Shown here piece by piece: positions 39,433 to 49,682 of a stretch of DNA of 64,000 nt (its first letter is position 1; each line of letters opens with the position of its first letter). This DNA is from a virus (Duplodnaviria > Caudoviricetes), in the IMG/VR virus record IMGVR_UViG_3300037067_020597, positions 1 to 64,000 of that record; one strand, 5' to 3'. Both the position numbers and the translations under genes were made by a program. The notes beneath the pieces are model-generated. The model worked only from the letters and a program-made list of their open reading frames with translations, made no database searches and was not told the DNA's origin.

Positions 39433-39515
39433 CTGCTAGATATTGAAGTGCCTACACTGCTACGAAGGCATCTGCTTGCCAAATATAGTTATGACACATT
39501 AGATGGGAGATTAAT

Positions 39516-40049
39516 ATGTCCGCCCAAGTTCCATTTACTGCCTACTTTCGAACTGTTCCTGCACGTGGCAGAGAGAAATGGGTATATGTCAGAGATTTGC
39601 AGCGCCTCGGCGTTCAGCTTTACGCTGAATTAGAGGCGGTATCTGGAATTACATTGCCTATCCCCGGTGGTGGACAAAACGGCTTAAGTGGCCAGTTTGG
39701 CAGTATTGTTGATGGGACGGGTGTTCGCCCACAATTTGGTAATAATCCTTCGTTGTTGATGATTGAAGGATTTTATACAGCCAGCAGCAGCCCCAGCGCT
39801 CAACCTGCACTGCCAATGATGCTTATTCATTCGAACGAAGTCCTTACTGGCCCAAGAGGACCACGTTTATGGGGTAATGACAGCAATTATCCGACTACTA
39901 CTGTCAACAACGAAGCAGCAGCTCTACGTACTCTTCTTAATAATGCTGCTGCAGCTATCACGGATGATTCCGGTGGACATCCGGAGCTATTTAGACTCAA
40001 TTATAAAGACATTACGTTTGGCGATTCTGGGATCACATTCCCGACATAG
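39516..40049 (+). CDS. Putative virion structural protein
   Basis: GGAGATTAA leader; lies directly upstream of the neck gene. Confidence 0.6.
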   Translation: MSAQVPFTAYFRTVPARGREKWVYVRDLQRLGVQLYAELEAVSGITLPIPGGGQNGLSGQFGSIVDGTGVRPQFGNNPSLLMIEGFYTASSSPSAQPALPMMLIHSNEVLTGPRGPRLWGNDSNYPTTTVNNEAAALRTLLNNAAAAITDDSGGHPELFRLNYKDITFGDSGITFPT

Positions 40050-40088
40050 CAACTTATTCTCATCTCTGTAGTCGGTAAGTAAGTATCC

Positions 40089-40883
40089 TTGTCTCAAAGA
40101 TATGACGGAGGATCTGAGTATATGGCTATAGTTGGACCAAATGATTTGCCTGTGGTTTTAAAGCTCAACCCAGATCCAATGAAGGCATACGCATTGGCTC
40201 AACTTGGGCATCCGGCTGTTAATGTAGAGATTTCTGAAGCTCAATTTGAAATAGCTCTGCGCACTACTTGCGATTTTATAGCTGGTTATTTTCCTAGAGA
40301 ACAGAAGCTTGCTCTTTTTTATACAGAGCCGTTAGTTCCAACTTACGCGATGCCAGATGATGCCTATTGGATTCAAGAAGTTCAATGGGACCCGGTTACA
40401 ACTCGTATCGATGATGTCTTTGGTGCAGAAAGCTTTCTATTTAACATCGGCAATATTTCTGGTATTCAGAACATCCTGACAGATTATTATTTGTTGCAGG
40501 CGTATCGTCGGTCTTCTCAACAAATTCTTGGAACTATAGGGCATTGGGATGTGCTTAATGAAGGCGGACCTGGACCAGGCAATCAACTTATAAGATTGTA
40601 TCCGACACCAAAGGGTGCTTTCCCTGTGACTGTTCTTTATTATCCAACTATCACACATTTTCGCAGCCCACAAGCACGCATGCTGGCCAGTGAGATGCTT
40701 CTGGCTGAAACGAAAATCATGGTCGGCGCTGCTCGTAGAAAAATTGCTGGAGTCCCGATGCCTGATGGCGGTAGTCTCGCTTTAGACGGCGAAGCACTAG
40801 CCAGTGAAGGAAAAGAGGAAAAAGCCGCTTTGATTGAAAAGGCCGTGCATTTGGGAGAGCCCATGCCCATTATCAAAGCATAA
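40089..40883 (+). CDS. Neck protein (T4 gp13-like)
   Basis: YALAQLGHPAVNVEISEAQFEIAL...IRLYPTP...ETKIMVGAARRK...DG..L..EG.EE. Confidence 0.8.
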   Translation: MSQRYDGGSEYMAIVGPNDLPVVLKLNPDPMKAYALAQLGHPAVNVEISEAQFEIALRTTCDFIAGYFPREQKLALFYTEPLVPTYAMPDDAYWIQEVQWDPVTTRIDDVFGAESFLFNIGNISGIQNILTDYYLLQAYRRSSQQILGTIGHWDVLNEGGPGPGNQLIRLYPTPKGAFPVTVLYYPTITHFRSPQARMLASEMLLAETKIMVGAARRKIAGVPMPDGGSLALDGEALASEGKEEKAALIEKAVHLGEPMPIIKA

Positions 40884-40919
40884 TCCCCGGTAGTGGGGTA
40901 ACAGATTAGAGAGGCGAAT

Positions 40920-42947
40920 ATGCAAATTCAAGAACTCGACATCAATATTACATCAGCTACGGATCTCAATAATCTCGCTTTTGGTGACTTCAACAGATTG
41001 ACGAGCGATGCTGCCTACACAATCAGCGGAATAGCGTCTGGAGAAGGTAGCGGAGATGGCATACCAACTAATGCTATATTGTTTATCAATGTAGGGTCAT
41101 ATCGTATCGATTTCGCTAATGAGAGTGGAAATACCACAGCTGCGAATAGGATTATTACATTAACTGGCGGTGCAGTTAGCATTCCGCCGCGCGGGACGAT
41201 AGAGCTTGTTTATGATGTTACAAGTAGCAGATGGAGAGAAGTTAATTCTGTGACGGAACCATCGAGATCTCCATCGCCATCTTGGTTATCACCGTCATTT
41301 TCGCCATCACCTTCTTTGTCTACATTATTCTCACAATCGCCATCTTTATCGCCATTATTTTCGCAGTCGCCATCTACATCACCATTTCCTGGTATATTAT
41401 TAGGGAGGGGTTGCACCTTTTCTGCGGGATCTACTACGAACATTTTAGATGATAGATGCTCCGAATCTTCAATTATTATCTTATTAGAATTCGATAGTAA
41501 AATCGGGGAACCACATAACCAGTTAGTGTCTTATATTTCTAATAAAACTACATCGGGGTTTGTTATAAATCATGTAAATGCACAAGGTAATGAACTCGCA
41601 TCTTATATCATGATTAATGACACAAGCGGTGCCGTAAAAACAGGTAGCGGTACGCTGGAAAATGGAACATCTACTGTTATTTATGATGCCAATGTGAACG
41701 TGGATTCTAAGATATTTTTGCAAGCTACGAGTCCAGGTACATTTGAAAAATTCCCTGGGATTATCAATAAGTCTAATGGCTCTTTTGAAATAGCACACGG
41801 ATCTGCAAGTGGCATTGAGACATTCGATTATGCTATATTTAATATGGAGAGCGGTACGGACGGCATTTGTCTTGGAAGTGACACATTGACTATAGGAACT
41901 TCTACAACTGTGACTGATCCGTTATTACCCTGTGGTACTATGGTCTTTTTGCAGGCTACATGCGCGTTATTTAATATTTATTGGAAACTATACAACACCG
42001 GTATTGATAGCATCATTCTTTCTACTAGCGCTGCTGCAGGCACGGAAACTTTCGACTATATTTCATTTCCTAGAGATGTAATATGTTTTCCGTCACTATC
42101 TCCATCACTATCACCATCGTCATCACTATCACCATCGTTGCCATCGCCGTCATTATTGTCGCCATCTCCATTTCCTGATATTCTTTCTAGAGGTACGTGT
42201 GTGCTTAGCGCAGCTACTTCTACTACGGTTTATGACGAGAACGTGTCGCCAACTTCGATAATTATTACATTAAAATCAGATAATAATCAAGCAGCATATC
42301 TTTTATGTGTCAGTTCTAAGTCTAATGGTTCATTTGTGATTACGCATAATCAAGGACAAGGCAATGAATTAATCAATTATATTGTTTTGAACGGATCTAA
42401 CGAGATGATTGGGGCTAGCAGTGGCACGCTTAATGCTGGTACTAGTACAACTATTAACCATCCTCTTGTTAACCCATATACGAAAATATTTCTACAAGCA
42501 ACTGGATCGACCTGTAATACTTTTATGAGATGGCCAAGAGTTTTTAATCAGATGGGATCTTATTTTACAATTGGACATGAAAACGCTGCTGGCATAGAAA
42601 CGTTTGATTATGCCATCTTTCGTATAGATATTGATACATATGATGGTATCTATTTGGGCAGTGGCGAACTAAGCATACCTCCAGCTACTGATACAACTAT
42701 CATGAATGCTGGTGTTACAGCTAATTCAACAATTTTATTACAATCGACAAACGCTCAAATGTATGGCGGCAATCCAACTTATGCTTATTGGCGAATTAAA
42801 ACAAAATCTGAAGGCTCATTTGTTATTGCTTCAAATTTTGTGGATCATGCATCTTTTAGCTATGCTGTGATTAATGGTGGAGCACCTATTCCTTCGGCAT
42901 CGCCGTCACCCTCTCCGTCACCGTTATCATCACCATCACCGGAGTAG
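40920..42947 (+). CDS. Virion fibre/decoration protein with duplicated domains and three Ser-Pro linkers
   Basis: Repeated G.GTL..GTST.I...V...S.I.LQAT...GIETFDY units, separated by SPS tracts. Confidence 0.65.
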   Translation: MQIQELDINITSATDLNNLAFGDFNRLTSDAAYTISGIASGEGSGDGIPTNAILFINVGSYRIDFANESGNTTAANRIITLTGGAVSIPPRGTIELVYDVTSSRWREVNSVTEPSRSPSPSWLSPSFSPSPSLSTLFSQSPSLSPLFSQSPSTSPFPGILLGRGCTFSAGSTTNILDDRCSESSIIILLEFDSKIGEPHNQLVSYISNKTTSGFVINHVNAQGNELASYIMINDTSGAVKTGSGTLENGTSTVIYDANVNVDSKIFLQATSPGTFEKFPGIINKSNGSFEIAHGSASGIETFDYAIFNMESGTDGICLGSDTLTIGTSTTVTDPLLPCGTMVFLQATCALFNIYWKLYNTGIDSIILSTSAAAGTETFDYISFPRDVICFPSLSPSLSPSSSLSPSLPSPSLLSPSPFPDILSRGTCVLSAATSTTVYDENVSPTSIIITLKSDNNQAAYLLCVSSKSNGSFVITHNQGQGNELINYIVLNGSNEMIGASSGTLNAGTSTTINHPLVNPYTKIFLQATGSTCNTFMRWPRVFNQMGSYFTIGHENAAGIETFDYAIFRIDIDTYDGIYLGSGELSIPPATDTTIMNAGVTANSTILLQSTNAQMYGGNPTYAYWRIKTKSEGSFVIASNFVDHASFSYAVINGGAPIPSASPSPSPSPLSSPSPE

Positions 42948-42951
42948 AATC

Positions 42952-43161
42952 ATGAACCAATTAAGCACACTGAACAAAATTTGTTTTGTCGTCTGTATTG
43001 TCACGATCATCTTAAGTGCCTTGCTTGGCATGGCTATGATTTGGACCAATATTGATCCGGCAATAGCATCGAAGACGTTTTTGACTTTCGGCATCTTTTT
43101 TATCAGCGCCATTGCCATTAGCGGTGTCAATGCATACTTCAAGGCCAACAAAAAAGAATAA
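42952..43161 (+). CDS. Small two-helix membrane protein
   Basis: Two hydrophobic segments; start placed after the upstream stop codon. Confidence 0.6.
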   Translation: MNQLSTLNKICFVVCIVTIILSALLGMAMIWTNIDPAIASKTFLTFGIFFISAIAISGVNAYFKANKKE

Positions 43162-43433
43162 TGCGATTGCAATTACTAAGTGAATCTGGGCCGCAGTACG
43201 ATACCTTGGAGAAGAACAAGGTAAAGCTGACTGACGAAGAACGTAACAAAGTGATGAATGCTGCAGCTACTTGGCACCATGGCAAAAATGGTGGTGCAAC
43301 TCCGGCAATAAAGAAATCTGTGATTCGCGGAAAGACATATTTTTATTGCAATACACACAGATGCTATCAATCCGCAAAAACGCTTGATGCGGCCATAAAC
43401 AAATTCTTTAAGACAGTGGAGCCATCTGCTTAG
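43161..43433 (+). CDS. Small protein (MRLQLLSE N-terminus)
   Basis: 90 aa; TAATG overlap. Confidence 0.65.
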   Translation: MRLQLLSESGPQYDTLEKNKVKLTDEERNKVMNAAATWHHGKNGGATPAIKKSVIRGKTYFYCNTHRCYQSAKTLDAAINKFFKTVEPSA

Positions 43434-43441
43434 GTGATAAT

Positions 43442-43897
43442 ATGCGATTAACGTTGTTATCTGAAGGAACGGCGTCATCTGAACTCGGAGACGTCACTGC
43501 CCTTAAGAATTCATTAGCTAGCAAGCTTGCTGTAGCTCTACAAAGAATGGGATTTCGTAAGCCTGACACCAAACTTGCAGAATCACCTACTGATGATGCT
43601 ATAGTTTATATCGAGGCTGGTCGAAATGCGATAGTGCCACACTCTCAGATTATCATGGTTACTATCGAGGACGATGACAGAGTAAGAATACAAATACCAA
43701 GTGATATAAGCAGAACCGGAAAGAAAAATTTGGCTGATGCCCTGGGAATTGAAGATTTCTTTGTTACTGGATCTATTGGTGAAGCTATAGCAAGATTAAA
43801 AGATATAAAGAATAGGGCTGACAATCTCATACGCCAGCAAGGAGTACGCGGCTCTTTGTCTGCTGGCCATATAGGCGAGAGCGATATCGTCGCATAA
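43442..43897 (+). CDS. Hypothetical protein (MRLTLLSE N-terminus)
   Basis: 151 aa; AGGTG SD. Confidence 0.65.
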   Translation: MRLTLLSEGTASSELGDVTALKNSLASKLAVALQRMGFRKPDTKLAESPTDDAIVYIEAGRNAIVPHSQIIMVTIEDDDRVRIQIPSDISRTGKKNLADALGIEDFFVTGSIGEAIARLKDIKNRADNLIRQQGVRGSLSAGHIGESDIVA

Positions 43898-43924
43898 AAT
43901 ATATGGTAGCAAAGTGAGGCTGCC

Positions 43925-44443
43925 ATGCGACAAATCTACATAGCCAACAAATTGGAAGTGGTCGGCCCAGACAGTGTAGTTATTCCTGGTTGTGAGCCAG
44001 AAGCGACATTCACAACTACAAGTTTGTCTTGGCTACATCGGTGCCAAAGTGCTTATGTTAAATTGTCAGTTGCGTTGGCTGCAATTCCTGGTTCTACTGT
44101 CGAGTGGCAGATAAACAACGGAGAATCAAATGGCTCGGCTAAAAAATGGTTTGTGCTTCCTCCATATAATGTAGAATGTCCGTGTCAGCCTATGCCTGAC
44201 TATTATGCGATATTGCGTAGTTTGGGTAATAGTAATGATAGCGAGCCGCAAGAACTTGATTGCGGACAGATAGATCAAGGATGGTGTCCTGCGAAGGACT
44301 ATAACCAACAGCCGCCTCCGCCAGTGAAGAGATATGTTCCTGAGGGGGTAATTTACGGGATTGCCCCATCTTTGTTATTTGGGCCTTATTATTATGGCAA
44401 CGATCCTAGAGAAGCGCAGGGCGAAATTCCTCTCTCGATGTGA
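43925..44443 (+). CDS. Hypothetical virion protein
   Basis: Lies within the head-tail module. Confidence 0.6.
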   Translation: MRQIYIANKLEVVGPDSVVIPGCEPEATFTTTSLSWLHRCQSAYVKLSVALAAIPGSTVEWQINNGESNGSAKKWFVLPPYNVECPCQPMPDYYAILRSLGNSNDSEPQELDCGQIDQGWCPAKDYNQQPPPPVKRYVPEGVIYGIAPSLLFGPYYYGNDPREAQGEIPLSM

Positions 44444-44450
44444 GAAATAA

Positions 44451-45056
44451 ATGATTCACAGCTTTACTAATGTCGATGAGAGACCGCTATCATCTGATAT
44501 GCAGGTGGATTTTCGTAGCGATATCGAGAAGTCCAATCCTCTCTATCAGGTTCATGACGCAGATGCGTCTGATATAATGATGGCTAAGAAAATAGCATTT
44601 GAAATGGTCCAGGTCAACGGTGCTCTTGTCCGCGTTCATCCTCGGACAGACAACATGGACCATGATAAAGTGTTCGATGAAGACGCAGACCCGACATACT
44701 GGGCTCCTATCAGCATTAAAGGGTTTTTCATTCCTAACCCTATGGAATATGAACTGACACTATGGGGAGTTGATTGTGCGAACAAACAAGAAGTCGTGTT
44801 TGCTCTCGAACAAGTAGCAGATCTATTACCAGACAGGCTGTTCCGACCTGGGGATTTAATTGAGCTACCATTCGATTCATTGTCTCAGCAGAAACCGAAA
44901 TATTTTATGGTCGATAACGCATCTGAAATTGGTAATTTCAGATATAATTGGCTATACCTGAAATGTTACACTACACTAATTGTTGGTGATGTTAATATTC
45001 GACCTCCTCAAGATGCAGCAGCAAGCATCGATGAATATACTGATGAGGTGGATTAA
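44451..45056 (+). CDS. Neck/head-closure protein (T4 gp14-like)
   Basis: FDED...ISIKGFF...EYELTLWGVD...PGDLIELP; module position. Confidence 0.6.
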   Translation: MIHSFTNVDERPLSSDMQVDFRSDIEKSNPLYQVHDADASDIMMAKKIAFEMVQVNGALVRVHPRTDNMDHDKVFDEDADPTYWAPISIKGFFIPNPMEYELTLWGVDCANKQEVVFALEQVADLLPDRLFRPGDLIELPFDSLSQQKPKYFMVDNASEIGNFRYNWLYLKCYTTLIVGDVNIRPPQDAAASIDEYTDEVD

Positions 45057-45394
45057 TGAAGGAATTTTCTAACGTAAGAGAATTGATTGGTCAAATAGGA
45101 TTAGATCTGCAGGCAAAGGCTGGTAGTTTCAGTAATACATTTCGAAAGAGCATACGTAGAGAGTTAAGCAGCTTTGATGAGGGCGTAAAAGATGTCAAGA
45201 TTTCCATAGAGCAGGTTCCTGGAGGCTCATTGATTTCATTACATATCGGTGATTGGGTCGAGCCACAGAAGAAAGTTAAGTATGAACGTCAATTTCGTAG
45301 TCTTGTACGACGATTAGGTGCCACACCAACTGGGATTTGTCGTGGGGTTATGCCTGGTGCTTTGGCTACATTCTTGAACGAGGGTGCGAGATAA
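45056..45394 (+). CDS. Hypothetical virion protein
   Basis: Translationally coupled in the module. Confidence 0.55.
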   Translation: MKEFSNVRELIGQIGLDLQAKAGSFSNTFRKSIRRELSSFDEGVKDVKISIEQVPGGSLISLHIGDWVEPQKKVKYERQFRSLVRRLGATPTGICRGVMPGALATFLNEGAR

Positions 45395-46257
45395 TGGCTC
45401 TTTACGAATTCACACCAGATGTTCTTGAGACGCCCAGAACTTCAAAGCCTGTACCAGGGCCTGAGTTGAAGCCAGCTATTGAACTTTATCCAACAGCTGT
45501 TGCACAAAGCAGTGATGTTCAGCAGGGGCGTCACAGCCTGTATGGAGACCCGCTCGGAACGCAGCCGGAGTATGCAGAAGAATTCTTAATGCCTGGGTTT
45601 CGTGCGCTAGATGAGGCCATGAAGACCTATTGGTCAGGAATAAGAATTCCAACTAAAGATTCTTATCGATTTATGCGAATCAAAGTGGCTGGCGGCGATA
45701 AGAGTGTGCTTATTTGGCGCGATCAATTGAAGGATGGAAGGGTCAAATTTCCAGTCGCTTCAATAAGTCGAATCAGCCACGAATTCAATCCATACAAATT
45801 CAGCTCTCCTGCGCTGTTTATGGCTCGCAGATATACAAGCAGCCGCATGGATCGAGTAGCATTGATAAGACGCCCTGTTCCTTTTTTGGTTAAGTATACA
45901 TTAACAATTTGGGCATCATGGAAGAATGATGCAGACCATGCTGCTGCTCAGATTGCTACCAGATTCAACCCCCTTGCTGAATTTGTGATGAGTGACCATC
46001 ATTTACGGGGTAGTGTGCAGCTTAGATATGAAGGCTGGGCTGATACAAGTGAAAAAGAGGCTGGATTTGATCAAAAAGCCAATACGCGGTATGAATTTTC
46101 TATGACAGCAGAAGCATGGCTACCTCTGCCAGAGTTGGTAGTCCCCACAATTCTTGGACACGTCAACACCGTGAAAGAGCAGACAATTGGCGAAATAGTT
46201 GGGCGTGGCAACACGACTAGGCTATTTTATGAACCTGCTAGTAATGCAAATATGTGA
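45394..46257 (+). CDS. Tail terminator/completion protein (T4 gp15-like)
   Basis: KFPVASISRI...PVPFLVKYTLTIW...QIATRFNP...YEFSMTAEAWLP. Confidence 0.65.
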   Translation: MALYEFTPDVLETPRTSKPVPGPELKPAIELYPTAVAQSSDVQQGRHSLYGDPLGTQPEYAEEFLMPGFRALDEAMKTYWSGIRIPTKDSYRFMRIKVAGGDKSVLIWRDQLKDGRVKFPVASISRISHEFNPYKFSSPALFMARRYTSSRMDRVALIRRPVPFLVKYTLTIWASWKNDADHAAAQIATRFNPLAEFVMSDHHLRGSVQLRYEGWADTSEKEAGFDQKANTRYEFSMTAEAWLPLPELVVPTILGHVNTVKEQTIGEIVGRGNTTRLFYEPASNANM

Positions 46258-46313
46258 GCAGATTTTCTGCGTAAATACCATCATGGGTTATATTATGACT
46301 TAGGGTAAAACTC

Positions 46314-46562
46314 ATGAAGCAACATACCAGAGAGACCAATTTTGTCGTTCAGATTTACAACAGCAGTAGGCAGATGATACCAATATCTGTACGACCACCG
46401 GGCGGCGACTTCTTTTTGCATGAACAGACTATCTATTTGAGGCCCGGCAAAACGGTCCGGCTTCCGAAGAGTTTTTTGAATGATTCGCAAGTGTCTAATC
46501 TGACAACTAAGCGGATGATAAGAATTCTTCACGATAGCGAAAAGTCTGTCCCTCAAGTCTGA
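46314..46562 (+). CDS. Small hypothetical protein preceding the sheath
   Basis: 82 aa ORF. Confidence 0.55.
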   Translation: MKQHTRETNFVVQIYNSSRQMIPISVRPPGGDFFLHEQTIYLRPGKTVRLPKSFLNDSQVSNLTTKRMIRILHDSEKSVPQV

Positions 46563-46741
46563 GGGTCATATTACGAATATCTAATGTTCTGTGGGCTGCT
46601 ATACATATCGAGCGAAATATATAAGAGAACCGCTGTTGGTTTGGCGGCATTTTAGCATTAAGAGAAATTAAGATTTGCCTTGTCGCCCCTAGTTGTCGGC
46701 AAATCTATCGTAGTTTGATACTCGACAACGGAGATTAACAA

Positions 46742-49594
46742 ATGCCCACATATCTCAGCCCTGGTGTTTATCCAAGGGAAATAGACCTTAGTGCAGTTAC
46801 TGGTACTGCCGGACCGCTCCGTGCGGCATTTGTGGGGACTGCCAAAAAAGGTCCAATGAATACCCCCACTTTTGTGACAAGTGCACAACAAGCAATTGAC
46901 GTATTCGGGGAGCCCTTTGTCGAGAGTTATTTAATGTATGCTGTACTTGCTTACCTTGAAGAGAGCAATCAGGCATATATTATTCGAGTCGGCATTGAAT
47001 GCCAGGATGGACAACCTGAGGAACTCAGCGACATTTGTGTTGACACTTCCGGCAACTGCCTGAATGGCTGGAATCGAATTCCAGTCTTTACAGGAATTGA
47101 TTATGGCAAGCTGACGCTAAGGGCTGTGACAGAAGCTGCTCCATTATCATTCCATGACGCCGGTGTCGAAGATATCACCTTTACCGATGTTAGTGTATCA
47201 GTCACTGATGGGCCGACTGATGCTACGTTGAACTTCACAACTGGCACATATGTCAGCGATCAATATACCGGTTGCACTGACGACACCTTCTCACTATTCA
47301 TCACTGGTGCCCCTGATGATGGTTATTCCATTAAGGGTTGTACGTTTAATCTCTTCCGTAGTAGAGATAGTGCCCTGATGGTAAGTGGGACGCTTGATGA
47401 GAAGACAACCGGTGTCAGTACCGATATTGAGATCGGCGACGGTCTTGTTTGCGAAATCGTTGTAACTGATGGGCGGCTTGACGCAAACGACGTTTTCGGA
47501 TTTACCGCCAAGCCGTATAACCGAGAATTCGATGTCGAAGTGAATGGCACTGGCACGGCATATATCATGCCAGTTGCTGATTACACTACTGCTGACGACT
47601 TTATCGAAGCAGTCAACACACTGATAACAACAGAAGAGTATGTGGCTGTCGTTGTCACTGAGAGCGGCACTGAATATCCTCAATTTCGGACGAAAGTTGC
47701 TGGTGATCGTATCCAGTTGGTTGGATCTTGCGCCTTCGCTGCTGAAGTTGGGGTTCAACAGTACGTGTATGATATCCCACGCAGCTATCTGTTGGGGACT
47801 GATGCAGAGCCGTACTTCATCAATAGCCAGAGCAATCGAGTTTCGATTGATATAATACCAGCAGACAGAAGCGACACCATCAGTATCGTTTTCACCATTC
47901 CGGTTGGTACTAATTTGTCTGTGGCTACTATCGCGGCTGCGATCAACAGCAATGGAGTGTATGGCGGCGAGACGTACTTTACCTCGTTTGCTATTACTGC
48001 CCCTGGCAACATTCAACATGTCATTGTCTTGACGTCCGACACACACAAGCTCGATCAGTTGATGTTGAAGGCGAACTATTCCAATCTCAAGACTTTGATG
48101 TTTGCGGAAGAAATCGGAGTGCTTTCTCCTTACACAAAGGCGTATCGCGGGTTCTATGACAGTCGTGTCTCATTGCCCGCAACTGGCGAAATCACACCGT
48201 CTGTACCACTATCCTGTGAGTCAGATCCTAGCAGCGCGCAGTGCGCATTGGATACCGCCTACTTTCAGAATATTGTTGGATGGTTTGTGGCGACAAGCGC
48301 AGGGACCTGGTTGGATAGATACACTCTGACCCTTCAGTTGCAAACGCAAATCGCCGGGAACTCTGCCGCACGGTATCAGTTGGTCATCAGCGATCCTGAT
48401 GGGGCGACAGCCGACAATGTGCAGAACATTAGCTTCGACAAGACCGATGATCGGTACATTGGAAGTGTTTTGAACCCAGGTACTACTTATGGTGGTACCA
48501 ATGGAAATGATTTCGTCAATTGGGAGGACCGCCCGTCGTTCTTGAACAATGATGAATTAGATCCGACCACCTATGAAGTGCGGCAGCCAGCACAGCTATC
48601 GAGCCATACGTTCAGTGGTGGTGCCAATGGTATTCCTACCGATCCGGCATATTCGAGCGAATTGGATGCTGCTATCATCGGTAATCCACAGGATTCCAGC
48701 GGAATGTATGGAATTCAAAACTCCGAAACTTATGATATCAATCTCTTGATCATTCCTGGAATGACATCGGGAGCTGTCATAGGTCAGGGGTTGCAATTGT
48801 GCGAAAGCCGTGGAGATGTTCTTTATATCGTCGATCCGCCATTTGGATTAAGACCACAACAGGTTGTTGATTGGCACAATGGAATGCTGCTGTCAGATTT
48901 GTCACATGCCATTAACAGTAGCTACGGTGCTTTGTATTGGGGCTGGCTAGAGATTTATGACCAGTTCAGTAAGCAAAATATCTGGACTCCACCATCTGGT
49001 CAAGTTGCCTCAGTATTCGCAAGAACTTCGAGAGTTGCCGATCAATGGATGGCACCGGCAGGTATCAACCGTGGTTACTTGCTGACCCCTCTGGCCGTCG
49101 AATACAACCCAAGCCAAGGGGAGCGAGATCTCCTGTACGGGTCCGGCAATGCTGTTAATCCGTTAGTGTCATTCCCGAAAGACGGGATTGTCGTTTTTGG
49201 TCAACGGACGCTGCAGCGGACTGAGACTGCTTTAGATAGAGTCAACGTGAGAATGTTGCTAATCTATCTAAAGAAGAATCTGGTCCAGATACTTCGAGCA
49301 TTCGTTTTTGAGCCAAATGATTCGACCACTTGGGCACAAGTCAGAACCCTGATTAACCCATTCATGGCGGATATCCAGGCCCGTCGTGGTTTGGATGCCT
49401 ACAATGTGGTTTGTGACGAATCAAATAACACGCCACAAAGAAGAGATATGAACCAGTTGTGGGTATCGGTCTTCATTAAACCGACACGCGCGATCGAGTT
49501 CATCGTCTTGAATCTTGTCGTTATGCAGTCTTCGGCCTCCTTCAGTTCCGAAGAAGTGTTGGCAGCAGGTGGAGTTGTGGTTAGTGGAAGATAG
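46742..49594 (+). CDS. Contractile tail sheath protein (gp18-like)
   Basis: MPTYLSPGVYPREID...KGPMNTP; W.APAGINRG; VNP...G.VVFGQRT; RVNVRMLL; FVFEPND. Confidence 0.95.
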   Translation: MPTYLSPGVYPREIDLSAVTGTAGPLRAAFVGTAKKGPMNTPTFVTSAQQAIDVFGEPFVESYLMYAVLAYLEESNQAYIIRVGIECQDGQPEELSDICVDTSGNCLNGWNRIPVFTGIDYGKLTLRAVTEAAPLSFHDAGVEDITFTDVSVSVTDGPTDATLNFTTGTYVSDQYTGCTDDTFSLFITGAPDDGYSIKGCTFNLFRSRDSALMVSGTLDEKTTGVSTDIEIGDGLVCEIVVTDGRLDANDVFGFTAKPYNREFDVEVNGTGTAYIMPVADYTTADDFIEAVNTLITTEEYVAVVVTESGTEYPQFRTKVAGDRIQLVGSCAFAAEVGVQQYVYDIPRSYLLGTDAEPYFINSQSNRVSIDIIPADRSDTISIVFTIPVGTNLSVATIAAAINSNGVYGGETYFTSFAITAPGNIQHVIVLTSDTHKLDQLMLKANYSNLKTLMFAEEIGVLSPYTKAYRGFYDSRVSLPATGEITPSVPLSCESDPSSAQCALDTAYFQNIVGWFVATSAGTWLDRYTLTLQLQTQIAGNSAARYQLVISDPDGATADNVQNISFDKTDDRYIGSVLNPGTTYGGTNGNDFVNWEDRPSFLNNDELDPTTYEVRQPAQLSSHTFSGGANGIPTDPAYSSELDAAIIGNPQDSSGMYGIQNSETYDINLLIIPGMTSGAVIGQGLQLCESRGDVLYIVDPPFGLRPQQVVDWHNGMLLSDLSHAINSSYGALYWGWLEIYDQFSKQNIWTPPSGQVASVFARTSRVADQWMAPAGINRGYLLTPLAVEYNPSQGERDLLYGSGNAVNPLVSFPKDGIVVFGQRTLQRTETALDRVNVRMLLIYLKKNLVQILRAFVFEPNDSTTWAQVRTLINPFMADIQARRGLDAYNVVCDESNNTPQRRDMNQLWVSVFIKPTRAIEFIVLNLVVMQSSASFSSEEVLAAGGVVVSGR

Positions 49595-49599
49595 AGCTT

Positions 49600-49634
49600 A
49601 AGAAAAGCCAGCTGGAATCTAGCTGGCTTTTCTT
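49600..49634. terminator. Bidirectional rho-independent terminator after the sheath
   Basis: AAGAAAAGCCAGCT-ggaatct-AGCTGGCTTTTCTT. Confidence 0.85.
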
Positions 49635-49682
49635 GTATCTAAGATTGTATCGGCTATGGGTAAATATAGTGGAGGGCCGACT

